A stretch of DNA of 64,000 nucleotides from an uncultured Candidatus Saccharibacteria bacterium (GCA_964357615.1 CAYHMC010000003.1:34678-98677), one strand, 5' to 3'. Positions 18,954 through 27,619 are shown, counted from the stretch's first letter. Numbers and translations: made by a program. Notes: generated by a model not told the origin, from the sequence alone.

Positions 18954-20558
18954 CTACATCTTTTTTGGCTTAGCAATGCCAAGCAAATCAAGTGTGTTAC
19001 TTAAAATTGTTTGGGTTGCTTCTACAAGTTTTAATCTAAGTAAAGCTAAATTTTTATCTTTTTCTCCCATTATCCTTTCTTTCTCGTAGAAGTTATGAAG
19101 AGCGTGCGAAAGTTCACTTGCATAGCGCGTAAGTCTGTGCACTTGATAGTCTTCTGCTGTGCCTAGAACCACCTCTTTAAATTTCGTAAGTTCGCGAATA
19201 AGTCTTAAGCTTGCCTCTGAATTCAAGAGGCTTAAATTGAGCTTTAGATTTTTTTTATCTAATTTTTGCTTTTTGGCTTTTTGCAATATTGCACCACATC
19301 TGACATAAGCGTATTGAACATAATAAACAGGGTTTTTAACAGAGCGCTCTTTAGCGAGTTTCAAATCAAAATCCATATGACTTTCTGGCGCATGCATTAA
19401 AAAGAAAAATCTTGTGGCATCTACTCCAACTTCACTTATTACTTCCTCAAAAGTTATAAATTCTCCTTTGCGTTTTGACATCTTTACTTCAACGCCATCC
19501 TTAATAACCCTTACTGCTTGGGTTACCAATATATCAAGACTCTCGAGTCCCAATATAGTGGCGGAGGCTTTAATTCTACTCACATAGCCATAGTGATCTG
19601 GTCCCAAAATTAAAATCTTTTTAATAAAACCCCTAGTTTTTGTTTCTAACATATGACCAGAGTCGGCAAGAAAATAAGTGGGAAACGCATCGCTTGTAAT
19701 TAAAACTCTATCCTTGTCATCGCCAAAATGCGTTGTTTTAAGCCAAACCGCACCATCTTTTTTATATGTAAGTTCTTTTAAGTCAAAAATAGCGATGGTA
19801 TTTTTAATAAAATTCTTCTTGTGAATATTTTTATCCTCTGAAGTATAGCGATCAAAATGAATACCAGATTTTTTCTCAATTATTTTTTTAATATCAGAAA
19901 GCAAATCTTTACCAGCTTTTTTACCAATAGTAATTGGGTCTTTCTGGTTCTTTCTTATAAATGTTTTATTTTTAGAAGCCCAAGTTTTTATATAATGACC
20001 TTGGTAGAATTTTTCATCACCTGCGATTAAGCCAACCGCAGATAAAAGTGATTTTCCTAAAGTTATAATCTGATTTCCAGTATCATTTACATAATATTCT
20101 CTCTCAATTTTTTGTCCGGTAAATTCTAAAACATTTGAAAGAACATCGCCCAAAAAACCTCCGCGTCCATTTGCCATTGTGAGTGGACCAGTAGGATTTG
20201 CTGAAATAAATTCAACTTGGATTTTCTCTTTAGATTTTAATTTAGATTTACCATATTTATCTTTATCCTTTAAAATCTCATTAAATTCAGCCTGAATCGT
20301 TTTCTTAGAAAGCCAAAAATTAATAAACCCTGGATTTGCGACATCAATTTTATCGAACAACCCACTAGTGTCTTTCGCAGAAATCTCCTCTTTAAGTTTT
20401 TTGGCAACTTCAATTGGTGACATTTTCCATATTTTCGAGAGCTCGAAAGAAACATTAGTAGAATAATGTCCAAAAGCAATATTTTCTTGCGAAGAAACTA
20501 ATATACTAACATTTTCTAATATGGCTTTTCTTAGTAAATCAATTATCTTTGTGCGCAT
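18954..20558 (-). CDS. argS: Arginyl-tRNA synthetase with degenerate HIGH motif
   Basis: FISANPTGPL…GRG matches the ArgRS signature. The C-terminal DALR region is YVQYAYVRCGAIL. Canonical H(V/I)GH is replaced by TMAN. Confidence 0.9.
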   Translation of the reverse strand: MRTKIIDLLRKAILENVSILVSSQENIAFGHYSTNVSFELSKIWKMSPIEVAKKLKEEISAKDTSGLFDKIDVANPGFINFWLSKKTIQAEFNEILKDKDKYGKSKLKSKEKIQVEFISANPTGPLTMANGRGGFLGDVLSNVLEFTGQKIEREYYVNDTGNQIITLGKSLLSAVGLIAGDEKFYQGHYIKTWASKNKTFIRKNQKDPITIGKKAGKDLLSDIKKIIEKKSGIHFDRYTSEDKNIHKKNFIKNTIAIFDLKELTYKKDGAVWLKTTHFGDDKDRVLITSDAFPTYFLADSGHMLETKTRGFIKKILILGPDHYGYVSRIKASATILGLESLDILVTQAVRVIKDGVEVKMSKRKGEFITFEEVISEVGVDATRFFFLMHAPESHMDFDLKLAKERSVKNPVYYVQYAYVRCGAILQKAKKQKLDKKNLKLNLSLLNSEASLRLIRELTKFKEVVLGTAEDYQVHRLTRYASELSHALHNFYEKERIMGEKDKNLALLRLKLVEATQTILSNTLDLLGIAKPKKM

Positions 20559-20660
20559 AAAACTATTGTAACCTGTATTTTGAAATTAAATAAGTGCGAT
20601 TGTAAACCAAAAAAACTGTGCTAATATAATTAACAGTTCACAAAAAAGGAGTATAACCCA

Positions 20661-21317
20661 GTGAAATTCCAAGACCTCGTGCGAATAAATTTGGCAGCAA
20701 AATTTATTCATGAATCTAACTTAATTGAAGATGTTGATATTAAAATTGAGGCAATAAGAGAATGGATTAAAATGCGCTATAAACTTGGTCATGTAGGGGC
20801 ATTATTATTTTTAGAATATTGTCTAGATAAAGATATTCGTTTTAGCGAGATAGTTCTTTTTCAAATTCATAGATATATCATAGATGAACAAAACGAATAT
20901 TTTTCTGATATTTTAATTTCAGAAAATTTAATTGGTAAATATAGAAATAAACCGGTAAAAATTGGGACGCGCTTCGGACTTGATCATCGCTTAATCAGAG
21001 ACGAGATGGCTAAGCTAATTGAAAGAATTGAAAAATTTCAGCTTAAAGAAAAAAATAAAACAGGACTACTTAGAAAAAGCGACGAGCATGGTATCGTAGA
21101 AAAAATCGCCGATTTCCACTTTAGATACGAGCGCATTCATCCATTTATTGACGGTAACGGCAGAACTGGCAGACTTTTGGTTTGGTACTTGATGAAATTC
21201 GCAGGACTTAAACCTTTTATATTTACCTCACGCGACAAAGGACACACCTATTATGAAGCGTGTCGCTCGCAAAAATTAATGCGAGAATATTTTGCAACTC
21301 GAGCACTGTCAGCTTAA
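20661..21317 (+). CDS. Fic family protein (AMPylator-type)
   Basis: Core motif HPFIDGNGRTGRLL (HPFx[DE]GNGRxxR). Confidence 0.85.
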   Translation: MKFQDLVRINLAAKFIHESNLIEDVDIKIEAIREWIKMRYKLGHVGALLFLEYCLDKDIRFSEIVLFQIHRYIIDEQNEYFSDILISENLIGKYRNKPVKIGTRFGLDHRLIRDEMAKLIERIEKFQLKEKNKTGLLRKSDEHGIVEKIADFHFRYERIHPFIDGNGRTGRLLVWYLMKFAGLKPFIFTSRDKGHTYYEACRSQKLMREYFATRALSA

Positions 21318-21361
21318 TATGGTACAAAATCAAAAGAGCCAACTAGGCTCTTTTTTAAATT

Positions 21362-22057
21362 TTAATCATGATGGTTGCTAAATTCTCTATATAAACAAAA
21401 TTCGCATCTTTTGTTTACTGGTGGTAATGGCTCTCGTAGTGTTAGGACGGCCTCTCGAAAAGTTTTTAGCACACTGTCTGGGTCTGTATTAACTTTATAA
21501 ATTGAAATATTAAACGCTAAGGGATTTTTAATATCCATATTCTTATGGTCCAGATACCAATAAACTAAATAAGCTATATTTTCAGTTTTAATATCATTCT
21601 CTCTTAAAAACAAAGCATATGCACTCATTTGATATGCATAAGATGGATGTGGCTCGCCAGGTGGAAAACCCTTTGTCTTGTTATCGAGTGGCACTATAGA
21701 CCCATCTTCAAGCTCTAATGCATCATCTAACATTCCCTGAAAGTAGGCGTTAGTTTCTTTATCTAAAATACCAAAAGTTCTCGAGCGAAATTTTGCAATA
21801 AGTGCCTCATTAGACAAAAGTTTTACTTTTATTTTTTTAAATTTTTCATCTAAAAACGGTGGGGAACCTCCATTTTTTCTAAAATAATCAAAATAGTTTT
21901 TAAGCGTATAGTCCACTCCATTTGGGAGCGTTGACATAGGTCCAGATGGGCGCTTTATTTCTTCGTTAAACTGAAGCCAAAAACATCTCGAACAATCTCG
22001 ATAGAGAGAAAGGGATGAAGGAGATAATTTTATTAAACCAGCTTTTGATTTTGACAT
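21362..22057 (-). CDS. PD-(D/E)xK nuclease, Cas4/RecB-like with four-Cys cluster
   Basis: N-terminal CSRC and C-terminal CEFC give four Cys, as in Cas4/AddB Fe-S nucleases. Also a QxxxY motif (YQMSAY) and D/E-K residues. Confidence 0.5.
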   Translation of the reverse strand: MSKSKAGLIKLSPSSLSLYRDCSRCFWLQFNEEIKRPSGPMSTLPNGVDYTLKNYFDYFRKNGGSPPFLDEKFKKIKVKLLSNEALIAKFRSRTFGILDKETNAYFQGMLDDALELEDGSIVPLDNKTKGFPPGEPHPSYAYQMSAYALFLRENDIKTENIAYLVYWYLDHKNMDIKNPLAFNISIYKVNTDPDSVLKTFREAVLTLREPLPPVNKRCEFCLYREFSNHHD

Positions 22058-22117
22058 GAAATTTATTCAAACATATTAAGAATAGCGTAAAGTAAATCTT
22101 TGGTCTATTCTTAATAG

Positions 22118-22579
22118 ATGATGCAAGATAAAACAGGAAACATTTTAAGCATAAACAAAAAAGCTTCATTTGATTATGAAATCATTGAAACATATGTGGC
22201 TGGCGTGCAACTTTTAGGATTTGAGGTTAAGTCTATTCGAAAAGGATCAGCGTCTTTAATTGGCGCTTTTGTTGTAGTTCGTGGTGGTGAAGTATATTTG
22301 CTAAACGCCAATATTCCCCCATATCAATCAAACAATTCTCCAAAAGATTATGAATCAACCCGTAGCAGAAAACTACTTCTCAAGAAATCAGAAATTGCTG
22401 AGTTAATTGGTAAAACAGAAAAGACTGGCTTGACACTTGTGCCACTTAAGTTGTATAATATGGGCAGTAGAATTAAGTTACAAATCGGCTTAGCGCGCAA
22501 TAAAAAGAAACATGACAAACGTGCTTCCATAAAGAAGAAAGATGTTGAGCGCGAAGTTGGGCGTAGACTTAAAGGATAA
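22118..22579 (+). CDS. smpB: SsrA-binding protein
   Basis: Typical SmpB sequence (KKASFDYEIIETYVAGVQLLGFEVKSIRKG…). The tmRNA gene follows immediately. Confidence 0.9.
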   Translation: MMQDKTGNILSINKKASFDYEIIETYVAGVQLLGFEVKSIRKGSASLIGAFVVVRGGEVYLLNANIPPYQSNNSPKDYESTRSRKLLLKKSEIAELIGKTEKTGLTLVPLKLYNMGSRIKLQIGLARNKKKHDKRASIKKKDVEREVGRRLKG

Positions 22580-22583
22580 AAAT

Positions 22584-22931
22584 GGGGATGAAAGGCCTCG
22601 ACAGGCTACTAACCTTAAAAATTGCAAGCAGAGATGTGAAATCTCTTAAAACATTCACAAAAGAATAAGTGCAAACTCATTCAACAAACAACCGGCCTTA
22701 GCATTTGCATAAGACCCATCGACGCTACTTACGCCTAATCGGTTGATCGTCGGTGTTAAATTATTAGGCTCTGTTCCCTACTCCTGCGGAGGGAATGAAT
22801 ATTGAGCGGGAAAGTGTTGTGTGCTTGGCCTCCTGGCACTTGGCACATGACACTTAAAATAATGTCAGGATAAGCTTGTAGATATTTTTAATTTTACGGC
22901 CTGGACGGCGGTTCAAATCCGCCCATCTCCA
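22584..22931 (+). ncRNA. ssrA: tmRNA (SsrA)
   Basis: 5' GGGGATGAAAGGCCTCGACAGG. Tag reading frame GCA AAC TCA TTC AAC AAA CAA CCG GCC TTA GCA TTT GCA TAA gives ANSFNKQPALAFA. 3' tRNA-like end GGCGGTTCAAATCCGCCCATCTCCA. Confidence 0.85.
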
Positions 22932-22943
22932 CAAACTAAAAGA

Positions 22944-22972
22944 TCGCCCATTACAGGGCGGCTTTTTGTTTT
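22944..22972 (+). terminator. Intrinsic terminator of ssrA
   Basis: Stem TCGCCC…GGGCGG followed by TTTTTGTTTT. Confidence 0.6.
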
Positions 22973-23073
22973 ATGAGTGGATTTGAACGGGAAGGGGGTC
23001 GGGGGAACTCCTGTTTCCCCGTGGCGGAAGTTTTGAAACCGATGGGTTTCAAAAAATTTATAAAGTAAATTTG

Positions 23074-23095
23074 TTCAAATCCCCCATCTCCACCA
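23074..23095 (+). repeat. Direct repeat of the ssrA 3' end (att-like scar)
   Basis: TTCAAATCCCCCATCTCCACCA compared with the ssrA 3' end TTCAAATCCGCCCATCTCCACA (21 of 22 positions match, one indel). It lacks the 5' half of the T-stem, so it is a fragment and not a gene. Confidence 0.6.
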
Positions 23096-23134
23096 GATAA
23101 AATTGCTCGACTTTATATTGGGTGATTTTTAATA

Positions 23135-23163
23135 TATTGACTTTATAGATAAAATATAGTATA
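23135..23163 (+). promoter_or_regulatory. Consensus sigma70 promoter TTGACT-17-TATAAT (cassette 2, P1)
   Basis: Exact -35 and -10 hexamers with a 17-nt spacer. Confidence 0.55.
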
Positions 23164-23215
23164 ATTTATACAGTTCAGAAAACGCGCTATTGGCGCCCAC
23201 AAACAAGGAGAACGA

Positions 23216-23392
23216 ATGACAACCGCACAAGCAATGAGCGACTACAACACCAAGTGCTATGCAGCTGCACTTGGTCTTCCGGAAAACGCAGGGCTTCGAG
23301 CTGTAATGGACGAGATTAGCTCGCGCCGAGAAAAGGGTGAGCCCATTCCCACCCTGCGAGAGATCTTCGCAGCGCGCAACCAGAAGCGCTAG
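23216..23392 (+). CDS. Small hypothetical protein (58 aa), cassette 2 gene 1
   Basis: SD AAGGAG sits 6 nt before the ATG. GC-rich codons. A terminator follows. The antisense 105-aa ORF on the track is rejected. Confidence 0.45.
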   Translation: MTTAQAMSDYNTKCYAAALGLPENAGLRAVMDEISSRREKGEPIPTLREIFAARNQKR

Positions 23393-23433
23393 AAATATTA
23401 TTTCCCCAACCAAGCCCAGCATCCCCTGCTGGC

Positions 23434-23470
23434 AGACCCATCTCACGGTGGGTCTTCTTTTTTTTATTTT
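23434..23470 (+). terminator. Intrinsic terminator
   Basis: Stem AGACCCA…TGGGTCT followed by T9. Confidence 0.6.
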
Positions 23471-23586
23471 AAATTGACTTAATACTTTTTTATAGTAAGC
23501 TTTGAAAAGAAAAGTGATTTTATATCACTTAAAAAACACTAGGAAACAAATATGAGCACTACAAAGCAACGCGGGAGGAATGACAG

Positions 23587-23859
23587 ATGGGGTCTAAAGA
23601 TAGAGCTGGAATTTTAATTCGCAAAGCCCGCGTTAAAGCCGGTGATTATGGCAGTTGGAAAATTGCCAAAAAACACGACGGCATGGAAATATGGATTGTC
23701 GCAGAGAAACCAGTACACAAACGCTTTCGAAATCCTCGTGGTCAAACATCCGAGGGATTAGTATATCGCCGTCTCGATGGACTCGTCGCTCGAGCAGAGT
23801 ATCTTGAGCTTACAGATGAATTTGCGGTGTACAATCCAGACAATGCTGGCCATGCATAA
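23587..23859 (+). CDS. Hypothetical protein (90 aa), cassette 2 gene 2
   Basis: SD GGGAGG sits 7 nt before the ATG. GC-rich. A terminator follows. Confidence 0.45.
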   Translation: MGSKDRAGILIRKARVKAGDYGSWKIAKKHDGMEIWIVAEKPVHKRFRNPRGQTSEGLVYRRLDGLVARAEYLELTDEFAVYNPDNAGHA

Positions 23860-23889
23860 AGTAGTTACCCGACTAATCCTATTTCGTCC

Positions 23890-23927
23890 CCCGTTATATC
23901 TTCGCATCTAACGGGTTTTTTATTTTT
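23890..23927 (+). terminator. Intrinsic terminator
   Basis: Stem CCCGTT…AACGGG followed by T6ATTTTT. Confidence 0.6.
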
Positions 23928-23993
23928 ATAAAATCTATTTATTGCTATAAGAATTTATTCCATAGCTGATATTTCTATTAACTTTGCTTGATA

Positions 23994-24021
23994 TTGACTT
24001 TTTGATAAAAATTAGTATAAT
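23994..24021 (+). promoter_or_regulatory. Consensus sigma70 promoter TTGACT-16-TATAAT (cassette 2, P3)
   Basis: Exact hexamers with a 16-nt spacer. Confidence 0.5.
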
Positions 24022-24080
24022 GTTAAAAGCAAAAAGGCATTGTAGCTACATCGCACCCTAAAAACCAAAAGGAGAACTGA

Positions 24081-24221
24081 ATGGATGGGAGCTTGATTGT
24101 TCCAATTATTGTCTTTGCTGTTGCGGTCATTTTTTTTGGATGGTGTCGCTGGGTGCTAGACACAAAGCAACCACATCGCCTCAAAAGACTTAGGGACAAT
24201 TGGAAGGTTATTCCCGATTAG
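24081..24221 (+). CDS. Small membrane peptide (46 aa, one TM), cassette 2 gene 3
   Basis: SD AAGGAG sits 6 nt before the ATG. ORF is MDGSLIVPIIVFAVAVIFFGWCRWVLDTKQPHRLKRLRDNWKVIPD. Confidence 0.35.
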   Translation: MDGSLIVPIIVFAVAVIFFGWCRWVLDTKQPHRLKRLRDNWKVIPD

Positions 24222-24255
24222 CAAAAAGAAACCAAAAACCAGACGGAGGTAAAGA

Positions 24256-24564
24256 ATGCCATACATCGTCGCGCTCAGATACACCAAGGGAGCTGGTGGC
24301 TACTGCGGAGTAGTTACCTGGACACAGTTTCCGTCCAAAGAAGAGTTCGATAAGGTTCGAAAACAATTCCTTAATAGTTCCAATCAGGAAGTCGTCGAAG
24401 AGGGCATCACGGACGAGCGCGCCATTGAGCTCTCTAAGCAAACGCCAGCCGAATGCCGCATCAATGCCGCCGTCGAGGAGTCTCGAATCCCCGGCACCAA
24501 TTTAGTCGATGGCGAAGCGCTCAGTCATCATCTAACAAACGCAATTCTCGCTGAAATTTTATAA
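24256..24564 (+). CDS. Hypothetical protein (102 aa), cassette 2 gene 4
   Basis: SD GGAGG sits 6 nt before the ATG. Co-oriented with the 46-aa peptide 35 nt upstream. Confidence 0.45.
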   Translation: MPYIVALRYTKGAGGYCGVVTWTQFPSKEEFDKVRKQFLNSSNQEVVEEGITDERAIELSKQTPAECRINAAVEESRIPGTNLVDGEALSHHLTNAILAEIL

Positions 24565-24650
24565 TTCAAAGTTCAATCACCAATAAGAAGCTCACCTACT
24601 TCAATGCGGTTGGGCTTATTTTTTTTATTTATTATATATTTAAAACAATC

Positions 24651-24678
24651 CATATAAATTTGACAATTCTAAAAAAAA
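24651..24678 (+). promoter_or_regulatory. Consensus sigma70 promoter TTGACA-16-TATAAT (cassette 2, P5)
   Basis: Exact hexamers with a 16-nt spacer. Confidence 0.55.
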
Positions 24679-24726
24679 TTATATAATTACACCGAGAACT
24701 TTGAAGCAGGTGGCTTTGTAACCCCT

Positions 24727-25122
24727 TTGAAAAATAAGGGTGGAAATGAGGCGGAGGCTATGGAGCGTCAAGTAAAGATGTGGGCGGATACCGAAACCAA
24801 AAACGTTATTCTTGTGAGTCCTGATGGCACATGTGTCCATTCAACACTTATTCGCATCGTTGCGTACAAAGTAACGCTTGATGTCACAATCGCCCCAGGA
24901 CAGAATGGCGTTCCAGAAAGCATTGAAGATGCCGAAGTCGAAAGACTCGTGCTCGAGTTCTACTCCACTGAAATTCTACCAGGAGAATCCTTGGATGAAT
25001 TATTGTTTAGACTTGCGAACAAAGATAATAATTTCATTAGTCCAGAAACCGAAGAACTGCTTAATGCTGTCTGCAATGAAGGCAATATAATTATGCTTGG
25101 AAGCAGAGATTTTTTTATCTAA
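24727..25122 (+). CDS. Hypothetical protein (131 aa; alternative start at ATG 24760 with SD GGAGG), cassette 2 gene 5
   Basis: GC-rich ORF followed by a terminator (CCCACC…GGTGGG at 25136..25164). Confidence 0.45.
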   Translation: MKNKGGNEAEAMERQVKMWADTETKNVILVSPDGTCVHSTLIRIVAYKVTLDVTIAPGQNGVPESIEDAEVERLVLEFYSTEILPGESLDELLFRLANKDNNFISPETEELLNAVCNEGNIIMLGSRDFFI

Positions 25123-25223
25123 ACGATTACCAAAACCCACCCTTACATAGGTGGGATTATTTTATTAATTGAAGTTTTTACAACTTATAAAATATAACTT
25201 TCCGTGTTACTCTTAAAAAACAT

Positions 25224-26639
25224 ATGATACAACCAAACAGCACCAAGGTTAAAATCGTGGCAACACTAGGTCCATCAACCGACACCGTAAAGAATATAAA
25301 TAAAATAATTCAGGCTGGAGTTAGAATTGTTCGTATAAATTTTTCACATGTTTCTTCGTACAAAGACGCAAAAAAACTTGTTGACAACGTTAGAATCGTA
25401 GAAAAGACTACCAAAAGACCAATAGCAATTTTAGGAGACCTAGCAGGACCCAAAATACGCATTGGTAATATAGATGGAAATCCAGAACTTAAAAGCAATA
25501 AAATTTTTATATTTCACACAAAAAAAATTACGGGCACCAACGAAGCAACTTCTTTAAACTATCCGAAAGTATTAGAAAACTTAAAAATTGGAAGTGAAAT
25601 TTACTTAGGTGATGGAGATATAAAGCTAAGTGTAATAAGCAAATCTAGAGACGAAGTTAGGGCAAGAGTTCAGGTTGGTGGAATTCTTCGTTCTCGAATG
25701 GGATTTTCAGCCATAGGAATAAAAAGGCCCACGCTTTCGCTTCAGAAAAAAGATATTGCGGATATAAAAACATTGGTATCTCTTGGAATTGATGCTCTAG
25801 CAATTTCTTTTGTTGAAGACGAAAATGACATACATCAAGTAAGAAAATTATTGCCTAAAAATAACCCCCCATTAATTTTTGCGAAAACTGAAACCGAAAA
25901 TTCAGTGAAAAACGCTGAAAGTATAATTGATGCAGCCGACGGCCTTTTAATTGCAAGGGGTGATTTAGGATTTTCCGTGCCAATTGCTGAACTACCATTT
26001 ATTCAAAAGAAATTAATAAATCTTGGTTTAGAAAAATCAAAACCAGTTATAACTGCAACCCAAATGCTTGAGTCTATGATAAAGAGTCCTTATCCAACAA
26101 GAGCAGAGGTTACTGATGTTGCAAAAGCTATTTTGGATGGCTCAGACTGCGTGATGTTATCAGGAGAAACAGCCAATGGAAAATTTCCTGAAGAAACTGT
26201 AAAAATGATGTCTCACATTATAAGACGCGCAGAAAAAGAAATAGTAAATCCTCTTAAATTCCCAAAAGCAAAATCTGTTGCAGATACGGTAAGCGCAAGT
26301 GCAATACAGGCCACAGAACAAGTTGATGGAAAACTCATTGTAGTTTTTACGGATAGCGGATCTACCGCAAGACGCCTTGCGCGCCACAGAGCGACTTATC
26401 CAATCATAGCGCTTACTCCAAACAAAATTACATTTAGACAATTAAGATTTACATGGGGTGTATTTCCTTATTTAATTAATAAAACTCAAAATTTTGACAC
26501 TATATTAGTAGAGGCAAGAAAATTCGCAATGAGTAATGGAATTTGTAAATTAAAATCTGGTGATTTATATGTTATAAGCGCTGGACTACCACTCGGAAAA
26601 CCAGGGACTACAAACTTGCTACTAGTACAAAAAATATAA
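25224..26639 (+). CDS. pyk: Pyruvate kinase
   Basis: KIVATLGPS at the N-terminus, the K+/Mg2+ site region and MVARGDLG-like motifs (IARGDLGFSVP). Length 471 aa. Confidence 0.9.
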   Translation: MIQPNSTKVKIVATLGPSTDTVKNINKIIQAGVRIVRINFSHVSSYKDAKKLVDNVRIVEKTTKRPIAILGDLAGPKIRIGNIDGNPELKSNKIFIFHTKKITGTNEATSLNYPKVLENLKIGSEIYLGDGDIKLSVISKSRDEVRARVQVGGILRSRMGFSAIGIKRPTLSLQKKDIADIKTLVSLGIDALAISFVEDENDIHQVRKLLPKNNPPLIFAKTETENSVKNAESIIDAADGLLIARGDLGFSVPIAELPFIQKKLINLGLEKSKPVITATQMLESMIKSPYPTRAEVTDVAKAILDGSDCVMLSGETANGKFPEETVKMMSHIIRRAEKEIVNPLKFPKAKSVADTVSASAIQATEQVDGKLIVVFTDSGSTARRLARHRATYPIIALTPNKITFRQLRFTWGVFPYLINKTQNFDTILVEARKFAMSNGICKLKSGDLYVISAGLPLGKPGTTNLLLVQKI

Positions 26640-26676
26640 AAAATCCTCGCAGTGCGAGGTTTTTAAATTAAAATTA

Positions 26677-27162
26677 TTATGAAAATGATTTGATTTTTAC
26701 TTTCTGCCTAAGACCAGAGAACATCAATTCTTTGTCTGCTACTCTATCCGGAGAAGTGACTACATATAACTTATCGAATCCAAGATAAACAGTGCGAACC
26801 ATTTGATCTCCATTTACAGGACAAAGCACTGTTCCAATTGTTAAAACTGGAATCTCAACAGTAGCGAAAATATTATTCTTTAAAAGCCAGTTCTGCAATT
26901 TTTCTTGATTTGCCTCCAATACATCGCGCTGAATTTGTCTCTCTTTAAATATTTTTGTTTCGCGTCCCATCGGACCATGTTTCTTTACTTTAAATCCAAG
27001 ACGCTTAAACTCTTTGTTAATTTGAGTGCCTCCACCAACACATATTACAACCCACGCTTTTTTGGTTACTTTTTTAATCCACCTAAGAAATTTTGGATTT
27101 AAATACTCATCACCAGAAACTTTAATAAAAATCTTCTTACGAGCCTCTCTACCCTTTAGCAT
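26677..27162 (-). CDS. Hypothetical protein with amino-acid-kinase-like motifs (KVSGD … VVICVGGG)
   Basis: Weak resemblance to the AAK-fold glycine-rich loops. Too short for a canonical kinase. Confidence 0.3.
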   Translation of the reverse strand: MLKGREARKKIFIKVSGDEYLNPKFLRWIKKVTKKAWVVICVGGGTQINKEFKRLGFKVKKHGPMGRETKIFKERQIQRDVLEANQEKLQNWLLKNNIFATVEIPVLTIGTVLCPVNGDQMVRTVYLGFDKLYVVTSPDRVADKELMFSGLRQKVKIKSFS

Positions 27163-27619
27163 TTGCTATTCCAAAATATCTACCGATAAGATGCTGATGA
27201 GATTTATGAGAATTTCTAGGAAATGCGCCAAGCTTAAACCAATGGGGAGAGATAATGCTACCCGCAAACTTAGTAATTGACTGTCTACCACCCACAATAC
27301 TCCCCAAATATGTGTGGCGTACAAATTTTTCACGACTTTCAGGATGTAAAAGTTCATCCGAATAAAGTAATTCAACTTTAGCAATATAACCAGTTTCTTC
27401 TAAAAATTCTCGAATGGCAGTTTTTTCTGGTGTTTCGGTGCAACAATTATGTGTCTTTAATTTATCATCACAACATTTACCACCTGGAAGCCCCCATCGA
27501 TTGCCAGGTTTTAAATCATTTTTGTGTTTTGGCTTATCATAAACCATTAAAATTTCTTGATTGGATGGCTCTTTGATTATATTTCTAAGACAGATTACTA
27601 GAGACGAGTGCTTAGACAA
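27149..27619 (-). CDS. Nudix hydrolase with Cys-rich insertion in the Nudix box
   Basis: GGKCCDDKLKTHNCCTETPEKTAIREFLEETGY. The Nudix consensus Gx5Ex7REUxEExGU is recognisable but interrupted by CC…CC. Confidence 0.65.
   Translation of the reverse strand: MSKHSSLVICLRNIIKEPSNQEILMVYDKPKHKNDLKPGNRWGLPGGKCCDDKLKTHNCCTETPEKTAIREFLEETGYIAKVELLYSDELLHPESREKFVRHTYLGSIVGGRQSITKFAGSIISPHWFKLGAFPRNSHKSHQHLIGRYFGIANAKG

Noticed and set aside
22973-23030. Possible minus-strand tRNA suggested by GGATTTGAAC (complement of GTTCAAATCC)
   Set aside because: No complementary T-stem, acceptor stem or anticodon arm can be drawn. It is more likely part of the GC-rich hairpin filler between ssrA and its 3'-end duplicate.
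23129-23446. 105-aa minus-strand ORF from the track
   Set aside because: It is antisense to the 58-aa plus-strand gene, which has a perfect promoter, AAGGAG SD and terminator. The minus ORF has no SD or promoter and spans the plus-strand terminator, a typical chance ORF in GC-rich DNA.
26677-27162. Calling this ORF a bona fide amino-acid kinase (e.g. UMP kinase)
   Set aside because: Only two short glycine-rich motifs match, and the protein is about 70 residues too short, so it is left as a hypothetical with a kinase-like hint.
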